64,000 bases of DNA, from contig CM000154.2 in NCBI GenBank assembly GCA_000004695.1, positions 3,104,001 to 3,168,000 of the forward strand, in the 5' to 3' direction. Positions 51,261 through 64,000 of the stretch are shown here, piece after piece. The stretch is from Dictyostelium discoideum. Lineage: Eukaryota. The notes beneath the pieces are model-generated. The model searched no databases and was not told the origin of the DNA. It saw only the letters and a program-made list of their open reading frames with translations. Numbering within the stretch: position 1 is the stretch's first letter; every line of letters starts with the position of its first letter. The position numbers were made by a program, and so were the translations under genes.

Positions 51261-51550
51261 TAATTCCTTTTTAATTAAAATTTTATTTTTAGAATCTAAT
51301 TATTTATTTTGTAAAATTTGTGATTGTGATTAACCTTTTTTATATGTGAAATAAAAAAAATAAAAAAAAAAAATAAAGTGACAATATCCAATACTAACCT
51401 TAGTTTATTGATACCACCAATTTAGAACTACAAAAATACCAGAAATAGATAATCAATTAAGAACTACTAAAAATAAAAATACCCTGTGTAATCTATATTA
51501 AAAAAAAAAAATGATAATAATAATTAATAATAATTATTGTATAATTTAAT

Positions 51551-51694
51551 CATATCTCTTTTCCATTATTTCCTTTAATAATAATAATATCGATAATTCA
51601 AATAAATTAAATGAATATGATAATCAAATCATTGATTTCAATAATCAAATAATTGATGATATTATTATCAAGGAAATAATGGAAAAGAGATATG
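51551..51694. repeat. A 25-bp perfect inverted repeat (CATATCTCTTTTCCATTATTTCCTT / AAGGAAATAATGGAAAAGAGATATG) enclosing a 94-bp inverted duplicate of a coding segment of the adjacent B-box/FNIP gene
   Basis: Arms at 51551-51575 and 51670-51694 are exact reverse complements. The enclosed 51576-51669 is about 95% identical to the reverse complement of 53309-53396 (codons ...NNNNIDNSNKLNEYDNQIIHFNNQIIDDI... of the 54082 gene), with 3 mismatches in ~88 bp. The copy has no start codon and is not in a usable frame. Confidence 0.8.
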
Positions 51695-52041
51695 ATAAAC
51701 TTGTTGAAAATATATAATTCGCAAAAAAATCAGGGCTTATTTTTATTTTATTTTATTTTTATTTTTTTTTTTTTCAAAAGAAACAATTTGATTTGGTATA
51801 ATTTAATTTAATTTTTTTTTGACAAGAAACGATTTTTGATTTGATTTGATTTTTTTTGTAGTTTAAAACTTTTGGAAACATTTACAGTTCTAGAAATTGT
51901 TTATTCAACATTAAAAATAAAGCACTCTGCAAATTCCTTATTAAATTATTTTTACATTTTTTGATACTTAAGGTTCAATTTGATGTTTAAAACTTTTGGA
52001 AACTTTTACTTCCTTTACAGTATTAGGAATTGAACCAATCA

Positions 52042-54082
52042 TTATTCTTGTTTAATATCACATAAATCCAACCATTTAACACTATCTGGTAATATACGTG
52101 GTGTTAATTTTTGATTGAATCCATCTTCTAAACATACATTCGTTACAGTATTAGGAATTGAACCAATCAATAATTCTTGTTTAATATCACCTAAATACAA
52201 CCATTCAACACTATCTGGTAATATACGTGGTGTTAATTTTTGATTAAATCCATCTTTTAAAGATACATGAGTTACAGTATTAGGAATTGAACCAATTATT
52301 AATTCTTGTTTAATATCACCTAAATTCAACCATTTAACACCATCTGGTAATATACCTGGTGTTAATTTTTGATTGAATCCATCCAATAGAGAGACACTCG
52401 TTACAGTATTAGGAATTGAACCATTTATTAATTCTTGTTTAATATCACCTAAATACAACCATTCAATACCATCTGGTAATATAATTGGTGTTAATTTTTG
52501 ATTGAATCCATCCAATAAAATGACACGAGTTACAGTATTAGGAATTGAACCAATTATTAATTCTTGTTTAATATCACCTAAATACAACCATTCAACACTA
52601 TCTGGTAATATACCTGGTGTTAATTTTTGATTGAATCCATCTTTTAGAAAGACACTCGTTACAGTATCAGGAATTGAACCAATTATTAATTCTTGTTTAA
52701 TATCACATAAATACAACGATTTAACACTATCTGGTAATATACCTGGTGTTAATTTTTGATTGAATCCATCCAATAAAGAGACACGAGTTACAGTATTAGG
52801 AATTGAACCATTTATTAATTCTTGTTTAATATCACCTAAATACAAGGATTTAACACTATCTGGTAATATACGTGGTGTTAAGTTTTGATTGAATCCATCC
52901 AATAAAGATACATTCTTTACAGTATTAGGAATTGAACCAATTATTAATTCTTGTTTAATATCACCCAAATACAAGCACTTAACACGATCTGGTAATATAC
53001 CAAGTGTTAATTTTTGATTGAATCCGTCCAATAGCATTACATGTGATGGTAATTTATTTTTTAATTCTGATAAAATATTACAATTGTCTTTGAATGCTAT
53101 ACCTTCCTCAAATTTAAAAAGACCACCTTCTATATAAATATAAAACTTTAAATTATTCCCTATATTTGGTAATTAGTAATGTGAAAATCATTTATTAAAA
53201 AAAAAAAACATTTTAAAGCTTACATTTAAAAAATTTATTATTATTTTCATCGATTTCAATTTTAAATCTACAATTATCTAAGGTATAAATTGATTTTAAA
53301 TTATTTTTAATATCATCAATTATCTGATTATTGAAATGAATGATTTGATTATCGTATTCATTTAATTTATTTGAATTATCGATATTATTATTATTATTTA
53401 ATACTATTAATGATTGTTGATATTGTTTAATAATTTTAATAGTATCTCTATCGATAATAAAATCATCTCCATTATCATAAATTTGTTGATCATTAAATTT
53501 TATAATTTCATTTAATTTTTCAATGGTTGTAATATTATCATTTTCATTTTCATTTTCATTTTCATTTTCATTTTCATTTTCATTTTCATTTTTATAATTA
53601 ATTATAGTTGAAAGTATTTGATTATCATTATTGATTGAAGAATTTATAATTGTATTTATTAATGTATTATTTTCAAAGGTTTTTTCTAATTGTTTTTGAA
53701 TATCTAATTCTATGATTGAAATGATATCATGAATTTTTTTAATTTCTTTTTTTAATGAATTATTATTAATATCAAATTGTGATTGAATTTTATTATATTT
53801 ATCATTTGATTGTTTTAATATTTTTTCATTGGTTTCTATTCTGTCAATTACTTTTTGATGTATATCATCTTTAAAATTATTCATTAATGAAAGAATATTT
53901 GAAGTTGATTCTAATGGATCAGTTTTGTGACCATGATGTTCACCTTTACTTGATGTACATTGAATACAACATGGTATTAATTTACAATCTAAACAAAAGA
54001 ATATTATATCTTTGTTTGGGTGAAGTGTACACTTTTTATTATTATCAATATTATTATTTATTATATTTTGATTGGATATCAT
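52042..54082 (-). CDS. B-box zinc-finger, coiled-coil and FNIP-repeat protein. Two exons, about 658 aa.
   Basis: Exon 1 is 54082-53224 with a GTAAGC donor in phase 1 and a 62-nt intron. Exon 2 is 53159-52042 after acceptor atatag. The B-box is 'CTLHPNKDIIFFCLDCKLIPCCIQCTSSKGEHHGH'. The exon also carries a poly-(NE) tract. Exon 2 contains ~15 tandem 22-aa FNIP units 'LDGFNQKLTPGILPDSVKSLYLGDIKQELIIGSIPNTVT...'. Confidence 0.75.
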
Positions 54083-54261
54083 TGTGTTTGGAAAATTAAT
54101 ATGTAAAAAAAAAAAAAAAAAAAATTATTTTTAAAATTTTGTGCCTAGAAATTTTTTATAGGGGTAAAAAACAAAATCTTGAAATAAAAAAATAAAAAAT
54201 AAAATAAAATCACTTAAAAAATAAATTTTATGAAAAAATGAAAAGTTAGTTTAAATATTTT

Positions 54262-54326
<65 letters not shown>

Positions 54327-54407
54327 TTATCTGTTATCTGTTAGTAACAAAAGAGTAAGTAGAAGAGTCAATAATTAAAATAAAAAATTAAAAAAAAAAA
54401 ATTATTT

Positions 54408-54438
<31 letters not shown>

Positions 54439-54606
54439 GTAATTTATTTTTTAATTCTGTATATCCACATATTTTTTTTTTTTTTCAATTTTTTTGTTCA
54501 TCGCAAACCAAAAAATAATGCACCAATATCCAAAATCTTTTAATTGAATCTAAAAATATTGAAAAATCCATATTAAAGATAAATAAAATTAAATATTGTT
54601 TGAAAT

Positions 54607-54637
<31 letters not shown>

Positions 54638-54972
54638 TTTTAATTGGAAGAAATTGAGAAATTTAATTTAATTTTATAAATCGATTTAGTTTGTTTTTTT
54701 TTTAATAATCAAAAAAAAAAAACATGAAAAAAATAAAAATAGTTAAAAAAAAAAACAGAAATTCCAAAATTAATTCTTGGAATTCTTGTTTTTTTAAAAA
54801 TTTAAATTTTTTCAAACTTTTAACCGCAATTTTTTTTTTTTTTTTCGTATCAATATTTTTTTTAATTTTTATTTTCATTTTTATTTTTTTTTATTTTTTC
54901 AATTCAAATAAAGTTTTATTTGAAGGATAATAAAACTATTTGATTGTTTTTTATTTATTTTCAAATATATTT

Positions 54973-55006
<34 letters not shown>

Positions 55007-55162
55007 CAAAATTGTTCAATATATTTTCAAAATTTTGTTCAGTATATTTTCAAAATTTTTGTATGCCTATTTTCATAAATTAATTTTCTTAATTCTTTCC
55101 ACTTGCAATATAAATAAATAATTTAAAAAAAAAAAAAAAAGAAAAGAAAAAAAAAGAAAAAA

Positions 55163-59422
<4,260 letters not shown>

Positions 59423-59716
59423 GAGCTCACATAAACTATAAAAACTGTTAAATATTTAAAAAACATATTTGTATATATGTTTTTTTTTTTTTCTTTTTTT
59501 TTTTTCAAAAAATTAAATAAAATCCTTTGTTGGTAAATACTATAAATTAAACTAAATATCTATTTTTTTTTTTTTTTTTTTTATTATTATTATTATATAT
59601 ATTTTATTAAGTGAAATAGTACATTATTTATTATGTTTTGTTTTTTATTTTTGTTGGTTTTTTTTTTTTTTTTTTCCTTTACATTTTGATTATGGTGATA
59701 GTTTTTAAAAAAAATT

Positions 59717-59993
59717 TTATGGTAAATTATCTAAAAATTCCATTCTTTGTAATATAACATGTTTACTTGGTTCCATTAATTCACCAGCAAGGAAAACTTC
59801 ATCAATAATAGCGTAAACTTTATAAAAATTAAAAACAAGATCTAATTCACATACATTTCCAAAATATGCATCCAATACTTCAACAAATAAGTGAATTGCT
59901 TCTAAACAAAATAATTCGTTATCTGTTGGATCAACACAAACTGAAAAGAATAAACCTGCATATCTTCTATAAACAATACGATGTGTTCTAAAC

Positions 59994-60024
<31 letters not shown>

Positions 60025-60413
60025 GTTTATTGATTTATTGATTTATTGATATATTGATTTATTGATATATTGATTTATTGGTTTATTGATTTATTGATTT
60101 ATTAATTTTTATACAATTATTATCAATATGTTAATAGGGTACTTTTAAACATCGAAAAAATAAATAATATTTAAATATATAAATACCTCAACGAAATTTG
60201 TAAATTTGGTTTCTCTTGAATTAACTATTTTATGTATTTCGTGTGATAATTTTCTTTTTTCTACATCTTCATATGGTGTATACCATTTTGATAAACGAGT
60301 TTTACCCTGTCTATTTTGAATTAAAATGAAATGAATCTATAATTTATTTATAAAATTAATATTTTATTGAATGTATGAAAAAAAAAAAAAAGTTGGGGGT
60401 TTGACCATACCAT
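59717..60413 (-). CDS. ap2s1: AP-2 adaptor complex sigma subunit (sigma-adaptin). Three exons, 142 aa.
   Basis: Exon 1 is the ATG alone (60413-60411) followed by donor GTATGG. Exon 2 is 60336-60187 after acceptor tatag ([19 protein letters not shown]...TNFVE, donor GTATTT). Exon 3 is 59992-59717 after acceptor atag ([71 protein letters not shown]...). It is near-collinear with human AP2S1, which is also 142 aa. Confidence 0.88.
60025..60103. repeat. Tandem 10-mer (TTGATTTATT / TTGATATATT)n of about 8 copies inside intron 2 of the AP-2 sigma gene, next to a ~30-nt poly-T run
   Basis: GTTTATTGATTTATTGATTTATTGATATATTGATTTATTGATATATTGATTTATTGGTTTATTGATTTATTGATTTATTAA. Confidence 0.85.
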
Positions 60414-60846
60414 TTTTTATATTATATATATTGCAATAAAAAAAAAAAAAAAAAAAAAATTAAAAATTAAAAAAAAAAAAAATTAAAAATTAAAAAAAAA
60501 AAAAAAAAAAAAAATGAATATTTTTTTTTTTTTATTTTTTTAATTTTTTATAGATTTTTATTTGAAATAAATATGTTCTTTTTTTTCTTTTTCCAAAAAA
60601 TAAATTTTTTGTGATTAAAAAAAATAAAATAAAATAAAATAAAATGATAAAATGGTTAAAAAAAAAAAAAAAAGAATAAAATAAAATGATAAAATGATTA
60701 AAAAAAAAAAAATAAAAAATAAAAAATAAAAAAAAAAAGGAAGTTTGGATTTAAGGTTTTGAAATATTTGTTTTTTTATTTTTTTTTTATTTTTTATATG
60801 TTTTTTTATTGTTTGCGGTAATTGTTTTCGATATTGTTTTTTTTTT

Positions 60847-61359
60847 CTTTAATTATTAAAATGCGGAATAGGAAGACCTATTCAAAAAAATAGTGAAAGC
60901 TGCCTTTATGACTTCGGTTCACGGAAGTATTTTAGTAAAAGGCGAAAATCTTTTTCGTTATTGAACCGAAGTCGGAAGCGATAAAAAAAAGAAAATATGA
61001 TCAAATAATTTTTTTAATACTAATAATTCATTATATTAAATTATGGGTTTCAAATTTAAAAAAAAAAAAATTGATGTTCAATTTTTTTTTTTGAAATTTT
61101 TTTTTATTTTTATTTTTATTTATTTTTTTTTCAATTTTCAAAAAAAAAAAATTAAAATAACCCATAATTAAAATTTTATGAGTTATTAGTATTAAAAAAA
61201 TTTATTTTTCATTATAAAATTTTATCGCTTCCGACTTCGGTTCAATAACGAAAAAGATTTTCGCCTTTTACTAAAATACTTCCGTGAACCGAAGTCATAA
61301 AGGCAGCTTTCATTATTTTTTTGAATAGGTCTTCCTATTCCGCATTTTAATAATTAAAG
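60847..61359. mobile_element. A ~510-bp element bounded by ~138-bp near-perfect terminal inverted repeats. It resembles a MITE or hairpin-type non-autonomous DNA element, and is possibly thug/DDT-S-like.
   Basis: The left arm at 60847-60986 (CTTTAATTATTAAAATGCGGAATAGGAAGACCTATTC...GAACCGAAGTCGGAAGCGATAAAA) is the reverse complement of the right arm at 61220-61359, with 1 mismatch in 138 bp. The arms are about 40% GC and contain CG dinucleotides, in a region that is otherwise >85% AT. The ~230-bp spacer is AT-rich and has a weaker internal palindrome (ATTATGGGTTT / AAACCCATAAT). There is no ORF. It lies between the ap2s1 5' flank and the hydrolase 3' end. Confidence 0.6.
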
Positions 61360-61540
61360 AAAAAAAAACAAATTAAAAATATATTATTATTTGATATATT
61401 TAAAAATATATATTATACTTCCTATTTAAAAATAAATAAAAATATCATTTTAGAAAATAAAAAACTTATTACTGTGCTCTATTTTATTTTACCCAAATTA
61501 TATATTTTTTATAATTTTGTTTTTATTATTTTTTATTTAT

Positions 61541-62827
61541 TTATTCAGTTTTATTATCATTATCATTATTATTATTATTATCATCTAAAAAAGTTGAAAG
61601 ATATTCAACAGCAGCTTTATCAGACCAAGACATATGATCTTCATAAGAGATAAAACCTAAATGACCACCCCATCTACTAACACATAAGATTGTATTTGGA
61701 TTTGATTTAAAATCTTTCCAAGGGAAACCAGAAGTTGGAGCGATTGGATCATCGATAGCATTGATGAAAAGGATTGGTTTAACTAAATTACGAATACTCT
61801 TTGAACTACTAGCGGCTAAATAATAATCATGAGCAGTTTCGAAGCCAAACATTTTACTTGTGATAAGATCATCGAAATCTGCAATGGTTTGGGCAGCCAT
61901 AATTTGTTCTTTGGTTGCATATTTATCTAAACGGCCATCGAATTTACGGAATAAACGTTTTAAATTATTTGCTAAACCTTTGTTATAAATTAAATTATTG
62001 ATATAGGTTGAAGAGAGATTCTTTGTACATTCTACCATATTCATTGGATTTGAAATTGAAACGTGAGCCAAGTAAGGTGAGTCTTTACCAGCGTCTGCCA
62101 TATAATTGACTAAAATGGCAGAACCTAAACTAAAACCAACTAAAAACCATTTCTTTACCAATGGTAATGCAGTTTTTGTTAAATATTCTGTAACAAATTT
62201 AATATCATCCAATTGAACTGCACTATATGCACGGTCTGCTGTAATTGGATTACCAGCACAACCTCTATAATTGAATACAACACTTCTAAATCCTTTCTCT
62301 TTATATGCACGTTGAGCAAAATATTGAACATAACGTTCATGTGATCCACCTGTTAAACCATGATTAATTACAATTGTTGGTGTATCTTCTTTAAATTCTC
62401 CTAATTCAAAAAAGTCTAATGAAATTGTACCACCATCAATTGGATTAACTAAAATTTCACTTTTAATTAATAATAAAAAAAAAATAAACAATTAATATAT
62501 TAGTTTAGAATAAAAAAAATAATAATAGTAATAATAATAATAATAATTTATAACATACCGTCTAGTTTTTAAATTTAATTTTGGAATTTTATAAGAACCA
62601 TAATAATTCATAAAATGAGAATTATATAAATAATATGGTGGATAAAATGTAACACCATTTTTAATTGTTGGTTCTGAATCTTCAATATTATTAATTCTAT
62701 CATTTATTGTTACATCTTTATCATACTTTTGATATAAATGTGGGCATTGATCTAAAATTTTTTGATTTTCTTCATTGTTTGAATCAAAATATAATTTAAC
62801 TTCTGCTTTATCTCTTGAGGAAAACAT
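61541..62827 (-). CDS. Alpha/beta-hydrolase of the ABHD1/ABHD3 (YheT-type) family. Two exons, about 395 aa.
   Basis: Exon 1 is 62827-62559 with a GTATGT donor in phase 2. Exon 2 is 62459-61541 after acceptor ttaaaag. Together they join 'KTR|R|EILVNPIDGGTISLDF'. The nucleophile elbow is 'GFSLGSAIL'. 'INHGLTGGSHERYV' and 'FNYRGCAG' are typical of this subfamily. The exon-1 end is inferred from the ORF-track frame and may be off by ±1. Confidence 0.8.
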
Positions 62828-63500
62828 TTTATATGTATATTATTTATTTAATTTTTTATTTTTTTATTTTTTTATATGTGTATATTATATACTATTATTA
62901 CAATGTTTGTATTATTACGTGTGTGTGTTTTTTTTTTTTTAATACTTTATATATATATATATATTTGTAATTATAACTATAAATTAATTAAAATGTTTTT
63001 TTTTTATTTTTTTTTTTTATTTTATATCTTTTAAAAAAAACATTTTATATATTTAAATTTTTTATTTTTTTAATTAATTTTTTATTTTATTTTTAAAAAA
63101 GGAATTCTTGTCGTGAAAAAAAAAAAAAAAAAATTAAAAAAAATGTTTTTTAAAAAAAAAAAATAAAAAACAATTCGATTATAATGCCAAATATTTCTTT
63201 TTTGGAATAGAATTTGAGATTTTTTTAAGGGACTTTGGGAACTGTTTTGGTTTTTTTTAACTTTTTTTCTTTTTTTTTATTTTTTTTTTTTATTTTCGTG
63301 TGGATAAAAAAAACCTCCATATTGATTTAGGAATTTTTACACATCATACAATATTAAAAAGGAAATTTAGATATTTTTATTTTTATATTTATTTATTTTT
63401 ATTATTATTATTTTTTCAATATTTGCAGTTTGTGAGTGCCAGTTATTAAAAATTTACTTTAACCATATTACTGTCTTTAATCACAATTATTTTTATTATT

Positions 63501-64000
63501 TTAATTATTTTCATCATTATTGCTATTATTATTAATATTTTTATTATTAATTTCATCTTCTTCATATTGTTCTTCCTGTACTGGTGAAATGATACTATTT
63601 AAAATTATGTTATTTTTTTCTTCTAAATGTTTAAATTGATTAATCATACTATTATTATTATCAAAACTTTCAACCATAAATACATTCACATTACCATTTT
63701 CTGATAATTTTTGACTTGATAATGGTTCATTTTGTTGACTATTATTTAAATTATTTTGACTATTTTTTAAATTATTATTAATATTTAAATTATTTAAATT
63801 ATTTAAATTGTTATTATTATTTAAATTATTATTATTTAAATTATTATTTAAATTATTATTTAAATTACTGTTACTATTACTATTACTATTATTATTATTA
63901 TTATTATTATTACAACTAAAATTTACAACTTTTAATTCTTCATCAACAGTTGAGAAATCTAATGAAGCACCATCCAATCTTATAAAATATTTTTTAAAAA
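63501..64000 (-). CDS. Asn-rich hypothetical protein whose 5' end lies beyond the window edge
   Basis: The minus-strand frame is open from 64000 down to the stop at 63501. There is no in-frame ATG inside the window; the ORF track 'M' is a TTG. It contains poly-N/L-N repeats and an acidic C-terminus. Confidence 0.45.
   Translation of the reverse strand, partial: FKKYFIRLDGASLDFSTVDEELKVVNFSCNNNNNNNNSNSNSNSNLNNNLNNNLNNNNLNNNNNLNNLNNLNINNNLKNSQNNLNNSQQNEPLSSQKLSENGNVNVFMVESFDNNNSMINQFKHLEEKNNIILNSIISPVQEEQYEEDEINNKNINNNSNNDENN

Overview
Gene-dense nuclear DNA from a Dictyostelium-type social amoeba, about 75-80% AT. Intergenic regions and introns are packed with homopolymer A/T runs, and coding regions carry (AAT)n and (CAA)n tracts that translate to poly-Asn/Gln/Thr. 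Introns are short, with GTAAGT or GTATGT donors and AG acceptors. There are no prokaryotic features and no CRISPR.

I can support about 25 protein-coding genes, many of which are multi-exon models obtained by joining fragments from the ORF track. One tRNA-Lys(UUU) gene is present with a downstream extra B box.

Recognisable coding genes include:
- a NOX-family NADPH oxidase, a 517-aa three-exon model and probably noxA
- a berberine-bridge-enzyme-like FAD-linked oxidase
- the H/ACA snoRNP protein NHP2
- a ~1700-aa FG-repeat nucleoporin with an N-terminal beta-propeller, Nup214/Nup159-like
- an MFS transporter with a long low-complexity N-terminus
- a RasGEF with a RhoGAP-like N-terminus
- two VIT1/CCC1-family iron-transporter paralogs
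- a tandem pair of receptor-like TKL kinases
- a WDR83/MORG1 ortholog
- a SAP-domain protein
- a B-box plus FNIP-repeat protein
- a giant K/E-rich RING-finger protein
- AP-2 sigma adaptin, 142 aa, whose first exon is only the ATG
- an ABHD-type alpha/beta hydrolase
- an LRR/EGF type I membrane protein, five exons

The most unusual non-genic structures are:
- a ~510-bp element at 60847-61359 bounded by 138-bp near-perfect inverted repeats, MITE- or hairpin-like
- a 25-bp perfect inverted repeat at 51551-51694 that encloses an inverted ~90-bp copy of a coding segment of the neighbouring B-box/FNIP gene
- a GC-rich non-coding island at ~50990-51260 that may be a structured ncRNA

Several neighbouring genes are divergent pairs sharing AT-rich promoters: 11392/11871, 15277/16417, 22609/23157 and 54082/55163. 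All coordinates include the stop codon. Splice sites were placed by eye and could be off by a few bases.
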